A stretch of 63,811 nt of DNA, filler included, from Octopus bimaculoides (GCF_001194135.2; 7 parts of 5 records of this genome joined end to end with filler, not necessarily neighbours in it); one strand, 5' to 3'; counted from the whole stretch's first letter, positions 38,406 to 53,319 are shown. The notes: generated from the sequence alone by a model not told the origin. Translations and numbers: made by a program.

Positions 38406-39053
38406 CGTGGATTTATATATTAGTTCCTACGTACTTTTCCTCATTATTGTTGCTATGAAATCTCTACGCAAAAGTGCACAGTCGCCAAAAGGTAAGAGTA
38501 AGGTTGAAATAATGAAAACACTAATATAAACACATAATAAATCCCTGAATAAAAGATAGATTTTCATGTAGTCTGTTCTAGCGCTCCTAATCTATTGATA
38601 TGTATTATTGTAATGATGTTAGCTATAACATTTTGTTTAAGTACAATAATGATACAAATGAAATTGTGACTGAAAATGTATCAGCTGTTTATATTAACAG
38701 ATATCTGTATGTAATTCGAATAGGTGAGGGTAATGTGTGTCTGTAATTTGCTTCTGAATAAAAAATAACATACAGTATTGGGTCCTCAGTAGTTAAACGT
38801 GCACACACAAATANNNNNNNNNNNNNNNNNNNNNNNNNNNNNNNNNNNNNNNNNNNNNNNNNNNNNNNNNNNNNNNNNNNNNNNNNNNNNNNNNNNNNNN
38901 NNNNNNNNNNNNNNNNNNNNNNNNNNNNNNNNNNNNNNNNNNNNNNNNNNNNNNNNNNNNNNNNNNNNNNNNNNNNNNNNNNNNNNNNNNNNNNNNNNNN
39001 NNNNNNNNNNNNNNNNNNNNNNNNNNNNNNNNNNNNNNNNNTAATATTATTAT

Positions 39054-39097
<44 letters not shown>

Positions 39098-39457
39098 TCA
39101 CACAAACACACACACATATATTCTTGTATTAAAGCAGTAAAGTCTTCACAATCTGTTCTGGGAACGTAAAACTCTGTTATAGCCTGTGAAAATTTCGCAT
39201 CTTCAATAAAAGCATATTACGTTGCCTTCGGTATTCGAGTACTATTGTTTTCTACCTTATTTTGCGTTTATGAGCTTACTAGTGTACGTATATATATATA
39301 TATATATATATACATATTTGCTTTTATGTTCAGTTATGATAAGATAAAAATTGATGGGTTATCTATACTTTTTTTAAAGTACAAGTTTATTATTTTTAAA
39401 CAAGAATAATTTTGACTGTGACTTCCAAGATTCGGTGATAGCTTAACTGACCGAATA

Positions 39458-39509
<52 letters not shown>

Positions 39510-40165
39510 TCACACACACATATAGATACATTTATATAGCTTATATATATATACCAGTCAGATGGACAACGTGAATCACGTAGGTAAATTAAAATTTAGA
39601 GGTAATACTTGACAATTGTAAGCACCTGTGTATGCCAGCTAGTGGTTGCGGTGAAAGAATAAATTATACACAAATAAAGCTTGAAACACGTGTACCGCGG
39701 AATCCTTTGTAGTTTTGTTGTTATTTTTGGGATTTACAATTTATATATATATATATGTATATATATATGCACAAGAAATATAAATATCATTAAAAATAAT
39801 ATTACTATCCAGAAGAATAAAGCACCATAAAAGGTAGAATTATAAATATATATAAGGCGCAGGCGTGGCTGTGTCGTAAGAAGCTTCCAATCCACATATA
39901 TATATATAGGCTCACTGCTCGAAGGAGGTGGGTTACTTAACCCCAGAGGATAAATACAATACTGATTGTGCAACACAAGATTGTTTCCACATCGGCAATG
40001 GGACGCTTGCAAGTAGCTATGCCTCAACAGTCCTTTGGCGCCACAGCTTCACAGGGGAAGATATCAAAATAGAGGAATCAAATGTAATACCAGTCATTAA
40101 TGAAATGAGCTCAAACTCAGCCACATGTCCTAATGAATTCCCAAACTCAGCCACATGTCCTAATG

Positions 40166-40202
<37 letters not shown>

Positions 40203-40294
40203 GCATTGAACTCATAATACGTTTAAATGGCTTGAATTTAAAATAGGGCAAGAATATTCATTTGTGCAAAGAAAATATCCAGACATAGTGGTTT

Positions 40295-40447
40295 CAATTT
40301 TTAGCACAAGGCCAGCTATCTCAGTGAGGGGAGTAAGTCGATTACCTCGATCCCAATCGACCTCAGTGGGATTTGAACTCAGAACATAAAAACGGACGAA
40401 ATGCCGTTTTGCTCGGCTTGCTAACTACTCTGCCAGCTAGCGGCCTT
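40295..40447 (-). mobile_element. SINE family A with internal deletion
   Basis: GCACAAGGCC..GTAAGTCGATTACCTCGA..GGATTTGAACTCAGAACATAAAAACGGACGAAATGCC..TCTGCCAGCT. Confidence 0.7.
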
Positions 40448-41834
40448 AAAATTAAGAGAATATAAAGATATAAACAACTATAGACAAATGAAGACATATA
40501 CAACAGCAAATACTGGAGTGTGAAGCTGAAAATAGAATTGAATGACAGAAATATCGTAAACATTAACAATCCATTATTTATAACTGGACACTAGTATTCA
40601 TCCATTTTACGTGACTTCAATTTCATTCATACAATACCTACGACAGCGAACAACTATGAATTCGCTTATATACACGGCATTTTACTTCGTCATATACGGT
40701 GTATGAAATATTGCAATCACACAGTCGCTAATAGAGATTTGGTTACAAAGTCTAATATATGTTGTGTATGTGTAGCAATGCCCAGACGCAAATAAACACA
40801 CACACACACATATACACACACACATATACACATACATGAAAAACAGAGCACCAATACAGTAAATGAAATGATTTAAGACGTTTAACAAACATTTAATGGA
40901 GCATACACGCACAAGTGTTTATATATATATATATATATATATAAATTGTAAATCCATGTATGTATGTATATATATATGTATATATATAAGTATGTATATA
41001 TATATATGTATATATATANNNNNNNNNNNNNNNNNNNNNNNNNNNNNNNNNNNNNNNNNNNNNNNNNNNNNNNNNNNNNNNNNNNNNNNNNNNNNNNNNN
41101 NNNNNNNNNNNNNNNNNNNNNNNNNNNNNNNNNNNNNNNNNNNNNNNNNNNNNNNNNNNNNNNNNNNNNNNNNNNNNNNNNNNNNNNNNNNNNNNNNNNN
41201 NNNNNNNNNNNNNNNNNNNNNNNNNNNNNNNNNNNNNNNNNNNNNNNNNNNNNNNNNNNNNNNNNNNNNNNNNNNNNNNNNNNNNNNNNNNNNNNNNNNN
41301 NNNNNNNNNNNNNNNNNNNNNNNNNNNNNNNNNNNNNNNNNNNNNNNNNNNNNNNNNNNNNNNNNNNNNNNNNNNNNNNNNNNNNNNNNNNNNNNNNNNN
41401 NNNNNNNNNNNNNNNNNNNNNNNNNNNNNNNNNNNNNNNNNNNNNNNNNNNNNNNNNNNNNNNNNNNNNNNNNNNNNNNNNNNNNNNNNNNNNNNNNNNN
41501 NNNNNNNNNNNNNNNNNNNNNNNNNNNNNNNNNNNNNNNNNNNNNNNNNNNNNNNNNNNNNNNNNNNNNNNNNNNNNNNNNNNNNNNNNNNNNNNNNNNN
41601 NNNNNNNNNNNNNNNNNNNNNNNNNNNNNNNNNNNNNNNNNNNNNNNNNNNNNNNNNNNNNNNNNNNNNNNNNNNNNNNNNNNNNNNNNNNNNNNNNNNN
41701 NNNNNNNNNNNNNNNNNNNNNNNNNNNNNNNNNNNNNNNNNNNNNNNNNNNNNNNNNNNNNNNNNNNNNNNNNNNNNNNNNNNNNNNNNNNNNNNNNNNN
41801 NNNNNNNNNNNNNNNNNNNNNNNNNNNNNNNNNN

Positions 41835-41876
<42 letters not shown>

Positions 41877-42515
41877 ACATATTTACTTACATATGTAGCA
41901 ATGTATGAATATATCCTTCTGCCTTTCTATACATATATACATACATACTTACATACATACATATGTGTGTGTCTTCGTGTGTGTGTATTTGTATATAAAT
42001 ATACGTATATAACATAGATATCTGCATATATGTCAATACAAATTCGTATCTATGTATGTATGTGTATATGTGTATAGGTATATATACATATGAGCATAAG
42101 TGAATTTTTGTCTGTGGCAATGTCTGTGAAAACAATGTTAGCTTGCGTGCAGAAGGAAATCCTTTAACAGCATGTTGTATGAGAATAATATCTCAATTGT
42201 TATTTGAAACTTGGAACGTAAAATCTAACATAATTATTAAAATAAATTAATGCTATATAGAATGAAAATTTTAGTTCCATCGTGCTTTGATATTTAAACA
42301 TTATTGAAATTTCTCTCGTGTCGTGCTTGCATATTGTCTTACCATTTTAACTTTCATTAATGTCACATGTATTGGATCCATTTTTCGACTTTTGTTTTTG
42401 GTTTTTTCTGTATACATTCCTCTCACCTCCTCAGCTTCTAATTCCCTTGAGCTACCGCTATAATCTTTCAATTTATTCTTTACTTGCCCACACAAACACG
42501 CACAAATTTATAGAT

Positions 42516-42573
<58 letters not shown>

Positions 42574-42588
42574 GAATTTATGCATATG

Positions 42589-42621
<33 letters not shown>

Positions 42622-43182
42622 ATGTTCGTATATACAGGTCGTCCAACAAATATATACACGCTTAAACAGCTGATAAATAAATTAATTTCCATTCTTTATA
42701 GATTTAACCTATAAGAGATAAGCAAGCGAGCCAAACTAAGCTTTGATTAACTGTTACATTGTAACAATGGTCCCTGCTCTCAATGAAATTGGTGTGATCC
42801 GAAGAGTAGTGCTTTGCTCTTCGTACTTGGATAAAGGTGTAGAAGATATCCACTTTCCAACAAAGATTGCTTGGGGCGATGGGTGGACATTTAAATAAAA
42901 TGGCTCAATTTTTCCACCTACAATCGTACCTACTGCGGTCCTGAGAAAATAAAAAAATGCCGTGGAACATGATGTTAATTTACATTACGGTGAGTCATAT
43001 CATGAAAAGAATTAATTGGGCTCGTTCCTTTTTCATGGTTCTGTAATTGGTTCCATTTTCTTGTACTTTTTGCGACAATTTGTCAAGTATTTTAGTCCTT
43101 TTTCTACGAATCAAATCACCGGTATGAAAATGTTTCTAAATATTCTATTCTTATTATTTTCACAGTATATATACATATATAT

Positions 43183-43251
<69 letters not shown>

Positions 43252-44074
43252 AACACACACACACACACACACATTTATATATATATATATAACGTATGTT
43301 CATTTGCTTCAGCTTTATTTTTTGTTTTTACATTAATCGTATTTCGGTCAAAATTCTTTCGTCACACTTCTGTGACCTCATCAGTGGTCCTTTGCTTTCT
43401 TCTTTCTTATTTGTATGTCTTTCCTTACTAACGATCAGACATTTTGTATTTTCTATTCCTATTGCATGTGTCTTTATATGCGCACATATAACACACACAC
43501 ACACACACACACACACGCAACACATAGAGAGCATGTGCATTCTGACGAAAAGCCACAAAGAAATAAATGAAATATGCACTAAACTAGTAATTGCCCACAC
43601 ACCAGGAAGAGTTTCATTTATATTTCATGGCCTAAAAATGCTACATTATTTATATATTTTAACATCAAAAGACAGTAAAAATCTTACAAAGGTACAAATG
43701 CTTGGAGCACAGTAAAGCAAAATGAGGTCATCGTTCCAAAGCTTCCGCTTTAATTTATCTAATATATCCTGCTGTCGCATGACCAGATTTCGTCTTGCGA
43801 ACTCTGAGAGAGAGTGAGAGAGAGAGGGGGGAGAGAAAACGCCACAATGCGTAAGGAATTCTAATTGATGTCGAAGAATACTTGACCTTTTGAAAGAAGG
43901 CTGAACTCAATTAATCAATTCATCTGTCATCGATCATTTCTGTTCAATTAGTATAAAGTCGACAGGTGAAACTCAAGAACATTGGGAAATTGCCCGTTGA
44001 ACTTATATATACACAAATATGCACAGCACATACACAAACTTTTATATATAATACATTCATACATAAATACACAC

Positions 44075-44117
<43 letters not shown>

Positions 44118-44389
44118 NNNNNNNNNNNNNNNNNATATATTATAAAATATGGTAATTAATCATATATTAATTAATATCGAAGAGGAATGGACAATCGGTA
44201 AGATTCGTTAAATCCGAAACCGGTACCTGTTTAATAATGTCTTTTTAGGTGATTTTAAATGTCTTGCCCGCTTACGCTTTGGTATGCTGCTATATTTCAT
44301 GTTGAGAACAATTTAGGTCTTAATAGACACAAGATGTGATCTATTTCTAGCACATTAATTGTCCGCGTTAGTGGTCAACGTTATTTTTT

Positions 44390-44423
<34 letters not shown>

Positions 44424-44424
44424 A

Positions 44425-44600
44425 AGTGCAGGTATGGCATTGCAGTAAGAACCTTGCTTCTTCACCACATGGTTCCGGGTTCAGTCCCACTGCGTGGCAC
44501 GTTAAGCAAGTGTCTAAAGATTACACTTGCATAGAGAGCAAAGCCTTGTGAGTAAATATGGTAGACGGAAACGGGAAGACGCCCCTCGTACATATGCATA
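44425..44600 (+). mobile_element. SINE family B
   Basis: ATGGTTCCGGGTTCAGTCCCACTGCGTGGCACG..GCAAGTGTC..AAAGCCTTGTGAGTAAATATGGTAGACGGAAAC. Confidence 0.8.
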
Positions 44601-44609
44601 TGTGTGTGT

Positions 44610-44652
<43 letters not shown>

Positions 44653-46024
44653 NNNNNNNNNNNNNNNNNNNNNNNNNNNNNNNNNNNNNNNNNNNNNNNN
44701 NNNNNNNNNNNNNNNNNNNNNNNNNNNNNNNNNNNNNNNNNNNNNNNNNNNNNNNNNNNNNNNNNNNNNNNNNNNNNNNNNNNNNNNNNNNNNNNNNNNN
44801 NNNNNNNNNNNNNNNNNNNNNNNNNNNNNNNNNNNNNNNNNNNNNNNNNNNNNNNNNNNNNNNNNNNNNNNNNNNNNNNNNNNNNNNNNNNNNNNNNNNN
44901 NNNNNNNNNNNNNNNNNNNNNNNNNNGTATGTCTGTATGTGTGTGTGTGTGTGTGTGTGTTTGTGTGCGTGTGTGTGTGTGTGTGTGTATGCATGTATTT
45001 TTTTTTCTCGTGTTCCTTTCTTTTGAAGAGAGTAGGATCGAAACGTAAAACAGTTTCTAGCCTTCCGAGCGTTAAACTGATACACTTGTTTGTTGTGTAC
45101 ACACTTGTCTTCGTCTTTTGTTTTTCTGTAAATTTCAACTACATATATATATATAAATGTGCAAAATTGCCAAAGAATATTCAAAATGTTAAAATTAAAT
45201 ATCTAAAGAACAACAGTACATCGCATATCACGTCACCGATCTTTCAGCTGACAACAATGGCATCTTGCCTCCAAAATTATTTTGTCAATTTTTTTTTTAA
45301 AACGTCAAGTGACTGATATAAAATGGCTGTTTCTAAATCACGATTTGATCTTCCTTCCAGGTTCTCTCAGGCAATAGAAAATTATTTAAGCGCCGACACC
45401 TCGTTTAGAAAAGTTTTTTACTTGATGTGCGCTGTAAATGTTAGTGTATATAATTTATTAAAGTGTGTCTGCGTGTAGGCATGTACATATGTGTATATAT
45501 AGGGCAACACACACGTATAATCATTATTCAGTGCATTTCCTTACGTATTGTTTGTCCGCGCCGTGAACCTTCCTCCTACGATTTTTTGTATTTATCGTTG
45601 CAACATCATCGCTTTCCCTCTGTCCAGTTACATATACGCACAAGCACGTGTGTGTTTTTGTCTATGTGTACATATTTCTATATGAGCCTTTCTATCTAAT
45701 AAATTTTAAAATTTAATTTGTGTACAATACATGAACAAACGATGAAAATTACATTCACTTATGAACGAACGGAAGCTAGACATTTATTTGTAAAGACGTC
45801 TGAGAACATATACGTGAGTAAATAAACATTTTTCCTAATGAGGTTAAAATCCATTTTTGCGTAATATATTCTGTTTTATTTGTTTTTTCCATTTTGAAAT
45901 CATTGCCATTTTTTTTTTATTTCTAAGGATTTATTTCCTTCAAGAAATTTTAAAGCTAAATTTCAAGCAAAAGAATCAATTTTATCAGGAATTGTCTTTT
46001 TCTGATAAATAAATAGATAGAGAG

Positions 46025-46081
<57 letters not shown>

Positions 46082-47591
46082 NNNNNNNNNNAGAGAGATA
46101 CATACATACATACATACATATATACATACATATATACATGCATACATACATACATACATATAAGCAATAATGGATAGATGTGTATGTGTGTATGTGTATG
46201 TGTGTATGTGTGTATGTGTGTATGTGTGTATGTGTATGTGTGTATGTGCGTATGTGTGTATGTGTGCATGTGTGTTTGCGTCTATGTATGTATGTATGTA
46301 TGTATAACATTTAAATAGTCAGAAAATGGTGAAAACCTTTGATCAACAAACAAACGAATTGAACCACATCGATTGGTTATTTTTTAATACAAAACATGAC
46401 ACAACATTTCTTACGGCTGTTTCCGCTTCCAATGTTAGTCGGTGATTAGCAAAGACATTCCGAAAATAATATTTGTCATCTAGAACATGGATCTTCTTCA
46501 GAGTGAATACAAATGCGTAAAATAAAATGAACGAAGGGAAGAGGGAAGAGGGAAGAAGAAAGAACAGGGCCTCGAGAAGAAGTCAGATGTCTCAATACAT
46601 TAAAACCATATCATCTTGCAGCGTGGAGCTTGAAGTCAATAGGCAAACGTGTGAACTAGCAGTGCTCTAGGGAAATATTTGCGGGTTATTTCTATATAAA
46701 GGGAAACAAGAGTGTTTGAATAGCGGTGAAACGAAGCTAGTACTAAAATAAGACACGAAGTAACAATATGTCTAGAAAAAGAATAGTACTTATGAATAAG
46801 GATGCTATTATCCCTTAGAGGGTTACTACCACCGCTAACTCTGCTTACCTACATATATGTATATGTATACATATATATATANNNNNNNNNNNNNNNNNNN
46901 NNNNNNNNNNNNNNNNNNNNNNNNNNNNNNNNNNNNNNNNNNNNNNNNNNNNNNNNNNNNNNNNNNNNNNNNNNNNNNNNNNNNNNNNNNNNNNNNNNNN
47001 NNNNNNNNNNNNNNNNNNNNNNNNNNNNNNNNNNNNNNNNNNNNNNNNNNNNNNNNNNNNNNNNNNNNNNNNNNNNNNNNNNNNNNNNNNNNNNNNNNNN
47101 NNNNNNNNNNNNNNNNNNNNNNNNNNNNNNNNNNNNNNNNNNNNNNNNNNNNNNNNNNNNNNNNNNNNNNNNNNNNNNNNNNNNNNNNNNNNNNNNNNNN
47201 NNNNNNNNNNNNNNNNNNNNNNNNNNNNNNNNNNNNNNNNNNNNNNNNNNNNNNNNNNNNNNNNNNNNNNNNNNNNNNNNNNNNNNNNNNNNNNNNNNNN
47301 NNNNNNNNNNNNNNNNNNNNNNNNNNNNNNNNNNNNNNNNNNNNNNNNNNNNNNNNNNNNNNNNNNNNNNNNNNNNNNNNNNNNNNNNNNNNNNNNNNNN
47401 NNNNNNNNNNNNNNNNNNNNNNNNNNNNNNNNNNNNNNNNNNNNNNNNNNNNNNNNNNNNNNNNNNNNNNNNNNNNNNNNNNNNNNNNNNNNNNNNNNNN
47501 NNNNNNNNNNNNNNNNNNNNNNNNNNNNNTATATATATATAGAGAGAGAGATAGATAGATAGATAGATAGATAGATACATACATACATACA

Positions 47592-47619
<28 letters not shown>

Positions 47620-47622
<3 letters not shown>

Positions 47623-47825
47623 GTGTTTTGTGTTTGCCATTCGCTGATCGACATCCGGTGAGATTCTGTTCACATCGGCATAACTTAGGAAGTCGGCAAA
47701 TAGAAAGCAATAGTATAAATCCCAGAATTAAAATCAATCACTAGACTCAATTTGATCGACAAAAATCTTTGCATGCGGTGCCGCATCACGGTCGCAATCT
47801 AGTAACTGAGAGAAATAAAAGAATT
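47620..47825 (+). mobile_element. Tail module of SINE family B (diverged)
   Basis: CATAACTTAGGAAGTCGGCAAATAGA..TTTGATCGAC..GCGGTGCCGCATCACGGTCGCAATCTAGTAACTGA. Confidence 0.55.
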
Positions 47826-48814
47826 AAAGAATATATATTAATATTGCTGAGAATCGCGTAAGCTGAACATCCTAACGCACTTTGCCATAGTTATTTCACA
47901 CAAATATCGAAATTTGAATTCTTTGAAATTGCCAGCTATATATGATACGTCGCAGCTGAAAACAGTTTTGTGGTGGGTGTATATAAAATGGCTAACTTAG
48001 AGTACCTCTTGTCTGTCTTCCGGTTGATGACACTTCTGTTCCTGTCTCTATGAATGCAACGAGGTTCTATAAACACAATTATATCAAGATATAGCGCATA
48101 CATATATGAACACATATAGGCGCGTAGCGTGCGCATTTGTTTCTATGTGTTTAAACTGTCTTTTAATGTACTTAATATACAAAATATCATATCCAGATAT
48201 ATTGCCGGAAATCTATTAGATACTAGAACAATGCAACGAAAGATTTCTATTAAATATCACTGGTTCACTAGAATCCTTTGTTGTCGGCACTGGGACATGA
48301 TCACAGAACTGTAATTCTATTTATTCATTATGCATTCCTGTTGTTCTTCTTGATCTTTCTGTATTGTTCTTCTCCCTAATATTGGTAATATTTTTACTGA
48401 GGCAGCTGATACTGTGTTTGTTTTGTTTTTCTTCAATTTTTTTTTTCTTTTTGGCGTCATTGTAAGTAATGACACCACGATATAGACTTTGTTTTCACAT
48501 AAAACAGCATCCAAAGAATCGGATCACATTTGTAAATATATATATTCAAGGATATTTAATTATATACGTTTATTTGTATGTGTATGTGGTGTGGTGTGTG
48601 TGTGTGTGTGTGTGTGTGNNNNNNNNNNNNNNNNNNNNNNNNNNNNNNNNNNNNNNNNNNNNTTAATTAATTAANNNNNNNNNNNNNNNNNNNNNNNNNN
48701 NNNNNNNNNNNNNNNNNNAACAAAATTATTTAAAAATTCCAACAAAATGTGGACATTAAAAGGTCAAATAAACGTTTACCTTCGCAGCCGATGTGACAGC
48801 ACGTCCGTGAGAAG

Positions 48815-48847
<33 letters not shown>

Positions 48848-51503
48848 CATTTCTTTTATTAGCCACACAGGGCTCAACGAAGATGGGACAAATACAATGT
48901 AGAGTTTTTCTTTTTGGGAGGGGGAAGGAAAAAAAAAAAAAAGGGTCGTGTCGATCAAAAGGGATCGTAGGAAGGGAAAAAGGGGGAGTTCGATCAAAAG
49001 GGATCGGAAAAAAAAAAAAAAGATAGATAGATAGATAGATAGACAGATAGATAGATAGATATGTGTGATATAAATCTATGAGTGTAGATGGATTTTTAGG
49101 AGTAACTCTGAGCGTTGTTAGAAGATTGGTACTTGTTTTACTTGTTCTGCTGACCAAAGCTCATAGCAATGAAAACAACATTTATTTTTCACTTTTCACT
49201 GTCTTTTTTAACTGATTTTATCTCTGAGAAAATTATTCCCATATTCAAAGTTGAGCCCAACCCATGCTAGCATAGACAACGAATATAAAATGGTGATGAT
49301 GATGATCCTTTGTATCAATGTAAGAAAAGAAACCATTTATATTTACACACACACACACACACACATGTTGCCTCACTGTTCAATCAATGACACTAACAGG
49401 TTCTGACTTTCACACGCAAATTTCACAAAAGCAAATCATAAAGACATTCAATGGAAAGTGTTGGAAACCAGAGTGGACGTTATGTTAGGTTTACCGTGAC
49501 TGCTGAAAATATCCCCATTGTTTCTCCTTTTGAAATAGTTGCTTATGGGCATAAGAACGAATTATCTCAGAATAGATATATTAAAAGTAGGGCCTGAAAG
49601 TTAGTTAACATGTACTTTTACCTCAGTACTCCTTTATTAAATACCAGTATATGCCAATTTGATCAATATTCACAGATACCATCTGATAAGTTAGTATTTA
49701 AGTATATAATATGTATAAGTATTAAAATATTTCTAGATAATTTCTTTTCCTCCTTCTTTTGTGGTAAAAGTTTGGTATATACTCAAAAGTATTCAAAAAA
49801 CTTTTTATCCTTTTGCTATAATATTCATCTTAATAATCCTCTTAATAACCCTAAACTAACTTTATACAATATAGCAATATTGTTTAAAATATTTAACGAT
49901 AGTACTACATGATAAGACTTCCTGTTTCATTATCAATGGTCTGCTAGTGGCCGGCCCCCTTAATTGTCAGCTAACATCTTGATTTAAGTTTTCCTTTACC
50001 AAATCTCATGATATTGCGTCTAATAAATCTTGATTTTTTTATGACTATACCCACTATGATTTCTACCCCTAACAGACACTACCCCTTGCTCACTCGGACT
50101 TAGATATACAAGGATTTGATAAAACTAGTCTATAATTAAAACTGACCCCATAAAACAGTGACAAGCAAAATTTGTAACAAGTCTTTCTTCCTGATACCTT
50201 AGTAGCTTCTAAGCTGAAGTGAAAGCAACATATTCGTTGTCTATCTCTGTAACTTCTTGGAGATTCTAAGTAAAATTATGCTAATGTGTCCATCTGTTTT
50301 AAGTTAATTCTATGTCTTTGTGTAATTTAGGATCACTCTGCATTTAAACTGATGTAATGGTTGCATTGTTCAATTAAATGGAGTTACTTGAAACAGTCAT
50401 ACTGCATTACCTCTGGATATCTTTGTTGCTTATTTTGATATATAATCAAATGAATTATAACAGACGATGGATAATTGTCAGCTCATTACAGATGTTTCTT
50501 ACGCATTTTTTAATAGAAAAATGAGAACATTACTTCATTGCAAAAAAAGAAGTCTGTTGAGGCTTCCTTGACAGTCTTCAACCTTGTCCCTGATATATTC
50601 TTTGGATATTCTTTTGTTTTTTAAATGATGTTTCATCTGATGATTACATTTTTTTTGCAATGAAGTTATTATTCATTTGATTATAGTACATCTTAAGAAT
50701 TTATGACACGTTGGACACCCTGGTGTAGAACAGCAACCTACAGTCAACATAATGTGTGCTTTGGACCAGTTCCTAGGCACTAAATACTCATAGGGTTGGT
50801 TTTCTTTGTGTACACAATCTGAATATCTTATTTGATATTTATTAACCATAGATAGTGACGACAGGTTTATCTAGTCGTACATGGTACATATCTTTTCCAT
50901 TCTATCAATGTGTCATTGGAACACCAACACAAGTTAAATTAAATAAGGAAACCTTCATTGAAAAATATAAGCCAAAACTGAACCATTTCTAACATTTTTA
51001 AATAAGGAAACTCATCTCAATGAAAAAAATATAAAGCAAAACCTAACCACTTGTAACATTCTGTTCCTTCTAAATCAAATCATGTTAAATTTATAAACCC
51101 TAGTCATTCCTAATATTTTTGATTATTTCCCTTATACCGGAAAAAAACCCTGATTACCTTATCTTGTCTGGAACTACATTTTTCACAGCATAGCAAAGAC
51201 ATGACACAATCTAGGTAGAGAAATTTGAAAAGAAAATACGAAACCGGTTATTTCTCCAGAAACAATGTTACTATAGGCAAAATTTTATAAAATTTTTCTA
51301 ACATAATGATTTAAATATATTCTTCAACCATATAACACAAGCCTACTGTAGTAGTTTTTTCACTCTATTTTGTCTTATATATATATATATATATAGTTCA
51401 TCCTAATTCTAATTTTTATTGGACACAGGGATATCTCACTTCAATTATGCAACTAGGCATATCAAATCAACAGAAAGCATCATTGTACTTTCATGTATTT
51501 CAG

Positions 51504-51649
51504 AACAAAACAAAAGGACCCATTTGAGTTTCAAATAGATGGTGGAACAATGATTAAAGGATGGCAGCTTGGTTTAAAAGGTGCTTGTGTTGGTGAAACA
51601 CGAAAGCTAACTATCCCTCCAAAATATGCTTTCGGTGAATATGGGAACC
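51504..51649 (+). CDS. FKBP14: ER FKBP-type peptidyl-prolyl isomerase (FKBP7/14-like), internal exon
   Basis: Acceptor tatttcAG, donor GTaagt. Translation TKQKDPFEFQIDGGTMIKGWQLGLKGACVGETRKLTIPPKYAFGEYGN is the FKBP core (IKGW..GL.G.CVGE.RKL.IPP). FKBP14 versus FKBP7 orthology is not resolved. Confidence 0.95.
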
Positions 51650-52466
51650 GTAAGTATTTTNNNNNNNNNNNNNNNNNNNNNNNNNNNNNNNNNNNNNNNN
51701 NNNNNNNNNNNNNNNNNNNNNNNNNNNNNNNNNNNNNNNNNNNNNNNNNNNNNNNNNNNNNNNNNNNNNNNNNNNNNNNNNNNNNNNNNNNNNNNNNNNN
51801 NNNNNNNNNNNNNNNNNNNNNNNNNNNNNNNNNNNNNNNNNNNNNNNNNNNNNNNNNNNNNNNNNNNNNNNNNNNNNNNNNNNNNNNNNNNNNNNNNNNN
51901 NNNNNNNNNNNNNNNNNNNNNNNNNNNNNNNNNNNNNNNNNNNNNNNNNNNNNNNNNNNNNNNNNNNNNNNNNNNNNNNNNNNNNNNNNNNNNNNNNNNN
52001 NNNNNNNNNNNNNNNNNNNNNNNNNNNNNNNNNNNNNNNNNNNNNNNNNNNNNNNNNNNNNNNNNNNNNNNNNNNNNNNNNNNNNNNNNNNNNNNNNNNN
52101 NNNNNNNNNNNNNNNNNNNNNNNNNNNNNNNNNNNNNNNNNNNNNNNNNNNNNNNNNNNNNNNNNNNNNNNNNNNNNNNNNNNNNNNNNNNNNNNNNNNN
52201 NNNNNNNNNNNNNNNNNNNNNNAAAGTTACAAATCTTTAAACTTATGCAATTTCAGTTGATTAGAAGTATCCATTGCTGACATACTGGAAGTCACAAAAT
52301 ACTTGAGTGTAGAAAACCTGAAAAAATTCTGTCAGGTGGAAAAAGTTTTAAGATATCTTATACTCCTTCCAGACGTTTATGAAATTGTTTGAAATCTATT
52401 TTATTGAGAAATAAGGGTGCACAAAAACAAAATAATATATATTTCTTATGTGTCTGTCTTTTGCAG

Positions 52467-52597
52467 CTGCTGGAATCCCTGGGAATTCAATTGTGACATT
52501 TGATATTGAAATTGTTTCTATTGAAGATGGTCCAGAAATACCTGATACTTTTTCATTAATTGATGCTAATAATGACAAACGACTGTCGAAGGAGGAG
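52467..52597 (+). CDS. FKBP14: FKBP7/14-like exon: end of PPIase domain plus EF-hand 1
   Basis: Acceptor ttttgcAG, donor GTaaat, phase 1 matches the previous exon. Translation (P)AGIPGNSIVTFDIEIVSIEDGPEIPDTFSLIDANNDKRLSKEE, with EF loop DANNDKRLSKEE. Confidence 0.95.
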
Positions 52598-52699
52598 GTA
52601 AATCTAATTGCTTGATATGTATGTATGTATGAACGTACATATGTACATATGACTGTATGTGTATGTACTTATATGTGTCTGCATGCATATATATACATG

Positions 52700-52982
52700 G
52701 ACCTCTAAGTTACAGGGACATAAACATACCAACACCAGTTGTCAAGTGGAGGTGGGGGACAAACACCGACGCACACATACACACACACACATACTGAGAC
52801 ACACACACATATATACCATGGGCTTCTTTCAATTTCCATCTACCAAATCTACTCACAAGTCTTTGTTGGGCTTGAGGCTATAGCAGAAGATACTTGTCCA
52901 AGGTGCCACACAGTGGCACTGAACCTGGAACCATGAGGTTGGGAAGCAAGCTTCTTACCACACAGCCATGACTGCGCCTATA
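52700..52982 (-). mobile_element. SINE family B in the FKBP intron
   Basis: GGCGCAGTCATGGCTGTGTGGTAAGAAGCTTGCTTCCCAACC..GGTTCCAGGTTCAGTGCCACTGTGTGGCACCTTGGACAAGT, then a CA tract and a partial tail. Confidence 0.8.
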
Positions 52983-53319
52983 CAAATAAATGACTGATGT
53001 AATCAAGTCTTATATTTACAACTGTTTCAAATTAATCAATGACTGGAGAAGCTGTTGTCTCTGAGATTCAATCCCCTACCAGACTGTTGAGCACAGGAGG
53101 TAGACTCTGAAAGCTGCTACCTGCAGAGTGGGAGAGTCAGTTTACAAGTCAACTGAGTGGCTGACACTGAAACTAAGAGGATTAACTCTCACAGTGTGAA
53201 TCAGACCAAATTATGCATTTGGAGATTTGTCTAGGACTAAGTGCTATATTCTAAATGGTACAATCAGTCAGATTTTCAAATATGTTATATAATACTTAGA
53301 ATATAATGCTTAAAAACTG

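Noticed and set aside
40125-40170. Minus-strand AG/GACATGTG (GHV..) as the next ACSL exon
   Set aside because: It lies upstream of the known exons and continues AEFELISL, not G.P..C..IKL.
43770-43810. GAGUUCGCAAGACGAAA (minus) as a hammerhead
   Set aside because: The CUGANGA strand is replaced by (CT)n-derived sequence and there is no helix I.
49078-49215. Signal-peptide-like ORF (MSVDGFLGVTLSVVRRLVLVLLVLLTKAHS) as FKBP exon 1
   Set aside because: It stops after 45 codons, has no donor site, and lacks the FKBP N-terminal motifs (HY.G, FDSS).
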